Part shown: positions 46,288 through 54,939 of the stretch, one piece after another
How the letters are laid out: the number at the start of each line of letters is the position of its first letter
Numbering within the stretch: the stretch's first letter is position 1
Assembly (NCBI GenBank): GCA_017434885.1
Contig: JAFSGE010000031.1
Span: 52,968-116,967, forward strand
DNA length: 64,000 bases
From: Lachnospiraceae bacterium
GTDB lineage: Bacteria > Bacillota > Clostridia > Lachnospirales > Lachnospiraceae
Reading direction: 5' to 3'
Notes under the pieces: model-generated
The model's input: the letters and a program-made list of their open reading frames with translations, nothing else
What the model was told of the DNA's origin: nothing
Database searches by the model: none
Position numbers and translations under genes: made by a program

Positions 46288-47406
46288 ATGACGGCTAGAG
46301 AAAAACTACTACAAATTGAGGATGTATATGACAGGGAAAGCACTTCGGAAATATTTTTGGAAGCGATGAGAGATTGTTTGGCTCATCATATGTCAGGCAA
46401 CGCTTTTTTTAAGAATTATATGGAGAAAGCAGGAGTAAAACCAGAGGATATCAAAACAGAGGACGACCTGGAAAAAATTCCGCCCATTCACGCCAACTTT
46501 TTTAAAAAATACGAGGTGCTCAGTGTGCCGTACGAAGAGATTGTGGAGCATGCAACCAGTTCCGGAACCACCGGACAAAAGAGCCAGATGTTTTTTGACC
46601 AAGATAGCTTCGATTTTGGGAATAACATGGTAAAAAACGAGTTTCGTCATTTTGGATTCCTTTCGGAGGAACAGACCAATTATCTTCTCTTTACCTATGA
46701 GCCGGCGCAGATAAGTAAGGATTTGGGAACCGCTAAAACGGATGTGGGATTACTTAGCTATGCACCGGTAAACGAGACATTTTTTGCCCTTCGCTATAAT
46801 GGTGAAGGACATGATTTTGATGTATACGGAACTATTAAGACTTTAGAAGAATATGAAAAGCAGGGATTACCGGTTCGTATTTTCGGATTTCCTTCCTTTC
46901 TCTATTTTACGGTAAGACAAATGAAGGAAACCGGACACAGACCGCTTCATTTAAATACCAAATCCATGACCATGCTGGGAGGCGGCTGGAAAGGATATGC
47001 TGATAAACAGATACAAAAGAGCGAGTTGTATGCAATGGTAGAAGAGATGCTGGGAATTCCGGCAGAGAATTGCAGAGACGGATATGGTTCCACGGAACAC
47101 TCCGTTCCTTACTTTGAATGCAAAAATCACCATTTCCATATACCGGTGTACAGCAGAATGCTGATTCGTGATGTGAAGACCTTAAGACCGTTACCTTACG
47201 GAGAACCGGGGTTTGCCAATTTTATTACACCTCATTTATTAAGTGTACCTGCCGTGTCGGTTTTGATGGGAGATATGGCAGTGCTGCATGATGCAAAAGA
47301 ATGCGGTTGCGGTATCAAGACACCGTTTATGGAAATTATCGGACGTGCGGGAACCAGCAAAGGAAAAAGCTGTGCAATTACTGCGAGCGAGCTGTTGAAG
47401 CGTTAA
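46288..47406 (+). CDS. LuxE-like acyl-protein synthetase (adenylate-forming)
   Basis: The start is moved to 46288 (RBS 'gaaggga'). It has 'SSGTTGQKSQ' and 'GYGSTE'. The C-terminus is 'CGCGIKTPFMEIIGRAGTSKGKSCAITASELLKR', with a Cys followed by exactly 10 residues. Confidence 0.75.
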   Translation: MTAREKLLQIEDVYDRESTSEIFLEAMRDCLAHHMSGNAFFKNYMEKAGVKPEDIKTEDDLEKIPPIHANFFKKYEVLSVPYEEIVEHATSSGTTGQKSQMFFDQDSFDFGNNMVKNEFRHFGFLSEEQTNYLLFTYEPAQISKDLGTAKTDVGLLSYAPVNETFFALRYNGEGHDFDVYGTIKTLEEYEKQGLPVRIFGFPSFLYFTVRQMKETGHRPLHLNTKSMTMLGGGWKGYADKQIQKSELYAMVEEMLGIPAENCRDGYGSTEHSVPYFECKNHHFHIPVYSRMLIRDVKTLRPLPYGEPGFANFITPHLLSVPAVSVLMGDMAVLHDAKECGCGIKTPFMEIIGRAGTSKGKSCAITASELLKR

Positions 47407-47419
47407 TGGAGGAGTGCAT

Positions 47420-49885
47420 ATGGAATTCATTATAAGAGGAAAAAAAGTTGAATTATTGAAAGAGAATTGCTTTCAAGGAATTGAAGAACAAATAATGACC
47501 GATTTGTCGGCAGGCACACCGGATATCCGGAAAGTAATTGCAAGTTTGGATAAACTGGGACATTTTTTGGCAGAAAATGAAACATTTCTCCTTCAAGAGC
47601 TGATGGAACTTGGGCTTTCCAAGGGAGAGGCACTGCAGGTGAAAAAGGAATCTCTTGCCGTTTTATCTGCAGAGGAATTGTTCAAAAAGGTTAAGCGAGA
47701 GTTAGGAGAACTGCCGTTTGAAATAGCAAGGGTAAGTACCCGGGAAGAGGAATTTGAAGGATGGATGCCGGTTGGTGTTTTAGGCCATGTAACCAGTTCC
47801 AATGATGCTATGCTTCCGTTTTTTAGTTCAGTGGAAGGAATTCTTACAGGAAATATTAATGTGATTAAAACTGCAAGCGGTGCTCACAAGGTAGCCATGA
47901 CACTGGTAGAAAAGCTTTGTGAGATAGATGCATCTCTTTGCCCTTATTTTTATGTATTTCCTTTATCCTCTAAAGATGAGAAGTTACTGCAAACCATGTT
48001 TTCCTTATGTAACACCATTGCCGTATGGGGTTCCGATGCAGCGACAGAAGGAGTAAGAAAGCTGGCACCTTCAGGGGTTAAGATTGTGGAATGGGGAAAT
48101 CGTATCAGCTTTGCTTATATAACCAAGAAGGGCAGAACCAAGGAAAGCCTCAGGGGACTTGCAGAGGATGTCTGTGTCAATGACCAGCAGGCCTGCAGCG
48201 CACCCCAGCTTGTTTTTTATGAAGCAGATAACAGAGAAGATTTAGAGCAGTTTGCGCAGGAATTAATGACGGTGTTGCAGGAGGTTTCCGATACCTATCC
48301 CATTCACGAAATCTCACAGGCAGAGCAGGCGGAGCTGACCACTCAAACCCGGTTATGTTACTTGGATGAAGTGATGGGAGAAGCCAGACTGCTTGAAGGA
48401 GAGGGCTGCCGTATTTTTGTGAAGTATGACAATGAGCTTTGTGCTTCGCCGTTATATCGTACGTTGATTGTAAAAGCAATTAAGAGAGAGGATATCATAT
48501 CCGTGCTGCGGCCGTTCCGTTCCTACTTGCAGAGTGTGGGACTTTCCTGCGGCAGAGATGAAATAGCTTTGCTTACCCGCATTTTACTTGCCGGCGGTGT
48601 CAACAGAATTACACAGCCGGGTCTTATGATGGGTGGATATACGGGGGAACCCCATGACGGAGTCTATGCACTCTCTCACTACCTGAAAAGAGTCAGCTTA
48701 ATTTCTGACAATTTGCCCAAAGGAAGTATGTCGTTAAGTGAAATGGAACAGGTGGGAGAGGCTCCCTTTGAGGAGGGAACCCCGTTACTAAAGAAAGATG
48801 ATTTCCCTTCACAAAGAGAGATAAAGGATAAAGGATATCTTTTGCTAAAAAGCGGCGGAAGCTCAGGAAAAGCAAAGTATGCGCCTCATTCCTACGATGA
48901 TGCGCAGACTACCTATGATGAGGGCGCCAGGTTTATTATTGCAGCAGGGGTGGACCCCAAGAAGGATGTGTGTATGAATCTCTTTTATTCCGGAGATTTG
49001 TACGGTGGCTTCATCAGTATTTATGAGGCATTAAAAAAAGCTGATATCATTCAATTGCCAATGACTGCCGAGATGGATATGAAGCATGTGGCGGAAGAGA
49101 TTATTGCAAACCGTGTAAATGTACTTCTTGGAATGCCTACCTACTTACAGCGCCTTTTCCGGGAACAGAAGGAAGCCTTACAGGCATATGGAGGCGTGGA
49201 AACAGTACTTTATGGCGGAGAGCATTTTGACCCTGCCCAGATAACATATTTAAAGGAAACATTCGGCATTAAGAGAATCGGTTCGCTGGCATACGGCTGT
49301 AACGAAATCGGCTCTATGGGATATGCCTGTGAATATTGCGAGGGAAGCATCCATCATGTGGTGGCAAGTAAATATCTTGAGATATTAAAGCCGGATAAGG
49401 ATGAGCCGGTGGAAGAGGGAGAAATCGGAAGGCTGGTCTGGACTCCTGTTGACCAGGAAAATATCAGTATCAAGAGATATGAAATCGGAGATATGGGACG
49501 TTTTGTCAAAGAACCTTGTAAATGCGGACGTATTGCTCCCCGCTTTGAACTGCTTGGAAGATTCGGAGATACCTTTAAATTTGCAACCAACTACGTGAAC
49601 TACACCAGGATTAAATCTGTATTTGCCGAAAAGATGGGATATACCGGCTGGCTTCAGATTCTTTTGAATTATGATACGGTCAGCTGCATGACAATCTGCG
49701 TAGAGAAGGATTTTGCATATAGCGCATGTGATGCTCTTATGATTTTAAAGGAGCAGTATCCTGAAATAGAAGAGTGCATGCGGGATGAAACCGGAAATGT
49801 CCGGATTGTTTTGCAGGAAAGAGATGCCTTTTTGTTAAGCACAGGCGGTGGAAAGGTAAGAAGTGTGGTAGACAGAAGAATTTAA
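47420..49885 (+). CDS. Fusion of a LuxC-like acyl-CoA/acyl-protein reductase (ALDH-like) and a PaaK/F390-synthetase-like adenylate-forming domain
   Basis: The N-terminal ~450 aa has 'GVLGHVTSSNDAMLPFFS', 'NVIKTAS' and 'VNDQQACSAPQLVFY'. The C-terminal ~370 aa has 'KSGGSSGKAKY', 'YGGEHF' and 'YEIGDMGRF'. The preferred ATG is 47420 (RBS 'ggagg'). Confidence 0.75.
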   Translation: MEFIIRGKKVELLKENCFQGIEEQIMTDLSAGTPDIRKVIASLDKLGHFLAENETFLLQELMELGLSKGEALQVKKESLAVLSAEELFKKVKRELGELPFEIARVSTREEEFEGWMPVGVLGHVTSSNDAMLPFFSSVEGILTGNINVIKTASGAHKVAMTLVEKLCEIDASLCPYFYVFPLSSKDEKLLQTMFSLCNTIAVWGSDAATEGVRKLAPSGVKIVEWGNRISFAYITKKGRTKESLRGLAEDVCVNDQQACSAPQLVFYEADNREDLEQFAQELMTVLQEVSDTYPIHEISQAEQAELTTQTRLCYLDEVMGEARLLEGEGCRIFVKYDNELCASPLYRTLIVKAIKREDIISVLRPFRSYLQSVGLSCGRDEIALLTRILLAGGVNRITQPGLMMGGYTGEPHDGVYALSHYLKRVSLISDNLPKGSMSLSEMEQVGEAPFEEGTPLLKKDDFPSQREIKDKGYLLLKSGGSSGKAKYAPHSYDDAQTTYDEGARFIIAAGVDPKKDVCMNLFYSGDLYGGFISIYEALKKADIIQLPMTAEMDMKHVAEEIIANRVNVLLGMPTYLQRLFREQKEALQAYGGVETVLYGGEHFDPAQITYLKETFGIKRIGSLAYGCNEIGSMGYACEYCEGSIHHVVASKYLEILKPDKDEPVEEGEIGRLVWTPVDQENISIKRYEIGDMGRFVKEPCKCGRIAPRFELLGRFGDTFKFATNYVNYTRIKSVFAEKMGYTGWLQILLNYDTVSCMTICVEKDFAYSACDALMILKEQYPEIEECMRDETGNVRIVLQERDAFLLSTGGGKVRSVVDRRI

Positions 49886-49903
49886 GATAGGGAGAGGGTA
49901 ATT

Positions 49904-51157
49904 ATGAGCATTAAAACATATTCATTGGATGAAATCATCCGTTATGCCAGAACACATTCAAAATATTATGCCGATTTATACAAAGATATTCCTGAGGATG
50001 CGCCCTTTGAGGCGCTGCCCCTGATTAATCAGGATGACTTTTGGGCTCATTGTGACCAGGACGGAGGAACAGTGGCGACCGGGAAACAGGCAGACGGACA
50101 GATATTCAAAAGCGGCGGAACCACGGGAGATCCGAAGTACTCTTTATATACTGCGCAGGAGTGGGAAACGCTGTGTGAAGGCTGCGCATCGGTAATGGTC
50201 AAAGGAGGACTGCAAAACGGCACTAAAATTGCCAATCTTTTCTATGCAGGCGGTATGTATGCCAGCTTCTTATATACCTATAGCATGTTATATTTTGCAC
50301 CGGCAAAAACAATTATGTACAATCTTTCCGGAAATGTGTCGGTAGAAGAGATTGTATCCACAATTTTGAAGCATCAGGTCACCTGCCTTGCGGGGGTACC
50401 GTCTATTTTGACCAAAATTGTTTCTTACATTGATGAACATCAGATGACGGGTTTTGCAGTAGATACCGTCTATTTTGCAGGGGAAACCCTGTATATGGAC
50501 CAAAGAGAAAAAATCTCCAGGACCTTTGGAAGAGAGATTTCCTTCCGTTCCTGTTTTTATGCATCCAATGACGGAGGTCCTATCGGATATTTTACAAAGG
50601 ATTGCGGGTTTAACGAGCACAGAGTGATGTCGGAGTTATGTAAACTGGAGCTGATTGATGCTGATACCGGTGAGATTATCACAGAGCCGAACAGACCCGG
50701 AGTGATTTATATTACATCACTTTTTAAAACCTTAATCCCCATGATCCGTTACCCTGCCGGTGATATGGGAGAATATGTGGAGCCGGAAGGGAATGTGGAC
50801 CGTAAATTCAGAATTTTGGGAAGAAGCAATGTAGCTGCCAGAGCCGGTTATGTGACCTTATATCCCCAGGATGTGGGAGAAATTTTGAACAAGTGCGGTA
50901 TTGAATATTATGCCTATCAGATTATCGTAACACATAACGTGCGGGATAAATTTACATTTAAAATTGCGGCAAAACAGGAAAGCGGTCAGAATACAGAAAA
51001 GTTTTTGGAGATGCTGTATCGGGAACGCAGCCTGATGCAGGATGCCCTAAACGACGGTACACTGGATGAACCTGAAGTGGAGTGGTGTAAGGCAACAGAC
51101 CTTGAATACAATGAAAGAACGGGTAAGCTGAAGATTATTATTGATAAGAGAAAGTAA
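49904..51157 (+). CDS. Phenylacetate-CoA ligase-like (PaaK/CapK family) adenylate-forming enzyme
   Basis: 'FKSGGTTGDPKY', 'YFAGETL', 'RYPAGDMGEY' and 'FRILGRSN'. Confidence 0.8.
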   Translation: MSIKTYSLDEIIRYARTHSKYYADLYKDIPEDAPFEALPLINQDDFWAHCDQDGGTVATGKQADGQIFKSGGTTGDPKYSLYTAQEWETLCEGCASVMVKGGLQNGTKIANLFYAGGMYASFLYTYSMLYFAPAKTIMYNLSGNVSVEEIVSTILKHQVTCLAGVPSILTKIVSYIDEHQMTGFAVDTVYFAGETLYMDQREKISRTFGREISFRSCFYASNDGGPIGYFTKDCGFNEHRVMSELCKLELIDADTGEIITEPNRPGVIYITSLFKTLIPMIRYPAGDMGEYVEPEGNVDRKFRILGRSNVAARAGYVTLYPQDVGEILNKCGIEYYAYQIIVTHNVRDKFTFKIAAKQESGQNTEKFLEMLYRERSLMQDALNDGTLDEPEVEWCKATDLEYNERTGKLKIIIDKRK

Positions 51158-51174
51158 AACAGGAGAGTAAGCGG

Positions 51175-52596
51175 ATGGATACAAAGAAAATTGCAACCCT
51201 TGAGATATGGAACAATAAGCTTTATGCAGATGCCACACTTGATTTTTTGGATGTGATGATAGGAAGACTGGATATTCCCCACTATCAGGCATTTCGATTT
51301 GTTGTGGGAGAAATTTTGACTAAAAGAATGGAAAGCGCTTATCCGGACAATAGGGGACTAATGTATGTGGATATCTTTTTGAAGGATACTTTTTTTGAGG
51401 TTTCCATCAGAGATAAAGGAGTTCCCGGATGGCAGGACTTTTCCTACGATATGGAAAGTATTGCCAAAAGCAAAAAGGACCTTCGCAATTACATGCTGAA
51501 CCTTTGCGCAGACGGAGTGGGGATTGAAAAGCTTGGAAAAGACGGCCAGAGAATTTTTATCCGGTTAAGAACAGTAAATTCCATACAGTTTAAGCGTCCT
51601 CAGCCTTATAAAGAAATAGAGGTTCTTGACACCAATATCAGTATTCGTCCCGTTGAGACACAGGAGGATATTATTGAAGCCATCCGTTGTATTTACAGTG
51701 AATACGGCTATTCTTACAGCTATGAGAAATTATATTATGTGGATTCCTTTAAGCGGGCACTGGAAAATGGAGAGCTGATGTCATTTTTGGCTGTCAACGA
51801 CCATGGACAGACTGCCGGACACTTCGCACTTTCCTTCTCGGAACAATTCCGTAATATGCCGGAAATTGCATCTACGGTAATACGAAGAGAATTTCGTGGA
51901 CTTGGTCTTATTGACAGGTTTATTGAGTACTGTCTGGAAGTAGCAAAGAAACATAATTTCAGGGCAGTGATGTCTCAACCGGTTGCATTTCATCCCAAGG
52001 CGCAGAAGGCCGTGTTAAAAGCAGGATTTACAGCAAGCTCTTTATTACTTTCTTATATCAGTTCCGGTTTGGAGAGTGAATATAATGAAAACAAAGAAAG
52101 ACTGGATGTATGTGCCTGTGTGAAAATAATTGATGCAACAGCATACAGCAAAATCTATCCGCCTAAGGAACTGACAGAGCTTTTGAAAAAAATCTATGAC
52201 AAACTGGACTGGAACTATGAATTCAGTGATGAGAAGAAATTAAGCGACAGTACGCAAATCAGTGTGGAAAATCAGGAACAGCTCAAGGCTACCAAAATGG
52301 TTCTTCATGAAGCTGCAGAGGATTTTGAAGAGGTGCTGAGGGAAGTTGTTCAAAATACAATCAAAAACAAAAATGAAATGATTGAGTTGGTCATTTGTTT
52401 AAATTCTCCAAGCGCCGAGTATGGATATCAGGTAGCAAGAAGGAACGGCTTGGCGGTTTCGGGAGTGATTCCTGGCAGTGAAAGTGGCGACTACCTGATA
52501 ATGCAGATGCTGGTGGGAGATAAACTGAAATATGATAAGCTGGTGCTTGCCGGTGAATTTGAAGAATTAAAAGAAGATATTCTTAAATTATCATAA
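51175..52596 (+). CDS. GNAT-family acyltransferase flanked by an N-terminal, possibly GHKL-like, domain and an unassigned C-terminal domain
   Basis: The central GNAT core is 'FLAVNDHGQTAGHFAL...VIRREFRGLGLIDRFIEYCLEVAKKHNF'. The N-terminal ~135 aa ('FRFVVGEILTKRMESAY', 'VSIRDKGVPG') loosely resembles an anti-sigma kinase fold. Confidence 0.65.
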   Translation: MDTKKIATLEIWNNKLYADATLDFLDVMIGRLDIPHYQAFRFVVGEILTKRMESAYPDNRGLMYVDIFLKDTFFEVSIRDKGVPGWQDFSYDMESIAKSKKDLRNYMLNLCADGVGIEKLGKDGQRIFIRLRTVNSIQFKRPQPYKEIEVLDTNISIRPVETQEDIIEAIRCIYSEYGYSYSYEKLYYVDSFKRALENGELMSFLAVNDHGQTAGHFALSFSEQFRNMPEIASTVIRREFRGLGLIDRFIEYCLEVAKKHNFRAVMSQPVAFHPKAQKAVLKAGFTASSLLLSYISSGLESEYNENKERLDVCACVKIIDATAYSKIYPPKELTELLKKIYDKLDWNYEFSDEKKLSDSTQISVENQEQLKATKMVLHEAAEDFEEVLREVVQNTIKNKNEMIELVICLNSPSAEYGYQVARRNGLAVSGVIPGSESGDYLIMQMLVGDKLKYDKLVLAGEFEELKEDILKLS

Positions 52597-52608
52597 AAAA
52601 ATACAGAG

Positions 52609-53904
52609 ATGGTAGGCAAGACGATAATGCTCTTTGATGAATTTGGACGGATGCAGATACTGGACGGTATGCGTTATTATAAGAAGACACAGGAAGAGAA
52701 TAATATGCCTCGTTTTGTGATTACCATGACAGAGGAAATTGATAGGGAATGCCTGCAGTATGCAGCCAAGGTTGCCATGCAGAGGTTCTGTGTACAGCGT
52801 TTGGTAGCGGAAGCGGATGAGAGTCGTTTCTATTTAAAACAGAATCTTCAAGAGCCGGTTGTTCATTTAGACAACGGAGAGAGGCATATCGTGTGTAATG
52901 AGAAAAACAGAGGACATATGATATGGATAGGGTATAAAGAATGCGATATTATTGTTGACTTTTTTCATGGTGTTTCGGATGGTATTGGTATGATGCCCTT
53001 TATGGTGCTGCTGTTAACTTCTTATTGCCAAAAAAAATATAGCAATAAAATATACGAAAAGACAGATTTGCAGTCCGGTGGGAATGAAAATGAATATACT
53101 GAGGCTATCCGCTTCTTACCGGAAGAGCCTGTTGTTACAGAGCATTCTTACCGGTGGAAAAGTGCTTTGCAGTTAAAAGGCAGGCAGATGAAGCTAAAGA
53201 GTGGTTGTCATTATTATGTTTTATCTGTGGATGGAGATGCCTTTGATGATTATGTAACAAGAAATGGTTCCTGCCGTTCGGCAGTATTTGCCATGTTTAT
53301 GAATCAGGCAATAGCAGGCATACATAAAGTGGATACAAAACCCATAGTAGCAGCTATGGCAGTCAACGCAAGGAAGGCTTACGGAGCAGAAGAGACCCTG
53401 CAGTGTTGTGTGGCCACGATACCGCTATGGTATGACAGGGAAATAGCAGAACTTTCCGTATCGGAAAGATTAAAAAAGGGCAGAGCAATGGTGTCGGAAG
53501 GCGTAAAGAAGGAATGTGTTCTTTGGGGAGCACAAAAAAAACGGCTGCTCAATCAGAATTTGGAAGCAAATTATCCTACTCTTGAAGAAAAGAGGGCGCA
53601 TTGCAGAAGGCTTACGGATAGCAGTAGCGACAGATACACTTATGGATTAAGTTATCTGGGAAATATCAGTTTTGGGGAGTTTGCAGATGCTTACGTGAGA
53701 GATGTAAGAGTGATGCTCTGTGCAAATACCGTTCCGCTTATTTTGGAAATTTTAAAATGGAAGGGAAAGTATACGATTAGTTATAACACCCATCTGGAAG
53801 AGGATAGATATTTGAAGGAATTGATGGTAATGTTTCAGGAGGCGGGCATTACCTGCAATTGCGTAAAGCAGGAGATGTTTGAAGAGGCATTGGCAGATTT
53901 TTGA
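52609..53904 (+). CDS. HxxxD-motif acyltransferase-like protein (condensation / WS-DGAT / PapA5 superfamily candidate)
   Basis: 431 aa. 'IIVDFFHGVSDGIGMMPF' lies about 115 residues from the N-terminus, as in condensation-type acyltransferases. There are no other diagnostic motifs, and the start is uncertain. Confidence 0.45.
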   Translation: MVGKTIMLFDEFGRMQILDGMRYYKKTQEENNMPRFVITMTEEIDRECLQYAAKVAMQRFCVQRLVAEADESRFYLKQNLQEPVVHLDNGERHIVCNEKNRGHMIWIGYKECDIIVDFFHGVSDGIGMMPFMVLLLTSYCQKKYSNKIYEKTDLQSGGNENEYTEAIRFLPEEPVVTEHSYRWKSALQLKGRQMKLKSGCHYYVLSVDGDAFDDYVTRNGSCRSAVFAMFMNQAIAGIHKVDTKPIVAAMAVNARKAYGAEETLQCCVATIPLWYDREIAELSVSERLKKGRAMVSEGVKKECVLWGAQKKRLLNQNLEANYPTLEEKRAHCRRLTDSSSDRYTYGLSYLGNISFGEFADAYVRDVRVMLCANTVPLILEILKWKGKYTISYNTHLEEDRYLKELMVMFQEAGITCNCVKQEMFEEALADF

Positions 53905-53952
53905 TGGAATGTGAAGCAGAATTGATGATAGAAAGTAAGAGGATAAATTGAT

Positions 53953-54939
53953 ATGAATGAAGAATCTGTAAAAATCCGCGAAATGCTGCTAAAATGTTAC
54001 GGAGTCGATATAGAAGAGGCGAAATGCCATTTTTCTACACAGAATTATGCCTATATATTTCCAAATCATCCGTACATGATTCGTGTCAGTAAGATGCCCA
54101 AAAAGACAAGAAAAGAGATACTCAGTGAGTTAATGTGGGTAGATGATTTGAAGCAATTCAAACAGACAATTTGTGAACCCAGCGTTTCCATCGGCGGAAA
54201 AATTTTGGAAGAATTTGAGATTGACGGTGTGACATATCGGGCAAGTATGTTCCGGACGGCACGGGGAAACGTGCAGGTATCAACGGAAATGACGCCGATG
54301 TTTTTTATTTGCGTGGGAGAATTGTTGGGTATTATTCATCATGTCAGTACGGATGAACGTGAAAACGGGATGAAATTCCAGAGAAAAGAGCTGAAGGATA
54401 TTTTTGCACAGCAGAAAGAAAAGGTGTGGGAAAAATTGAAACCGGAGATTCAAGGCAGGATTACAGCCATTGAAACACAGGTAAATTCACTGCCGCAAGA
54501 CCTTGGAACTTATGGCATTTGCCATGGGGATTTCCAGGCCAATAATTTTTTTGTAGAGGCCAATAATGTCTGGCTGTTTGACTTTGACGGATGTTGCTAT
54601 GCCAATTATCTGTATGATGTGGCAAGCTTTATTTTATCTTGTTTTCTCGGAGGATTTGGTGGCGGTAAGGAGTGCAGTCAGGTTATAGAGGAGATTTTGC
54701 ACTATTTGAAAATAGGCTATGAATTAAATCATAAATGTACAGATGAGTACTGGGAACAATTGCCGTTATTCATAAGTTATCGTGCAGCATATACGGCACT
54801 GATGTTGGCAGAAATAGAAACCTGTGGTGTGGTTTCCAGCCTGGATGAGATTAAAGAATTCTTTTCATTTATTCTTCTTCAGGATGACATTTATGAGGGG
54901 ATTACAAAAGTAATCAGTGAGAGAAAGAGCCGGCTATGA
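53953..54939 (+). CDS. APH/choline-kinase-family small-molecule phosphotransferase
   Basis: The Brenner motif is 'ICHGDFQANNFF' and the Mg-binding motif is 'LFDFDGCCY'. The RBS is 'aagagga'. Confidence 0.8.
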   Translation: MNEESVKIREMLLKCYGVDIEEAKCHFSTQNYAYIFPNHPYMIRVSKMPKKTRKEILSELMWVDDLKQFKQTICEPSVSIGGKILEEFEIDGVTYRASMFRTARGNVQVSTEMTPMFFICVGELLGIIHHVSTDERENGMKFQRKELKDIFAQQKEKVWEKLKPEIQGRITAIETQVNSLPQDLGTYGICHGDFQANNFFVEANNVWLFDFDGCCYANYLYDVASFILSCFLGGFGGGKECSQVIEEILHYLKIGYELNHKCTDEYWEQLPLFISYRAAYTALMLAEIETCGVVSSLDEIKEFFSFILLQDDIYEGITKVISERKSRL

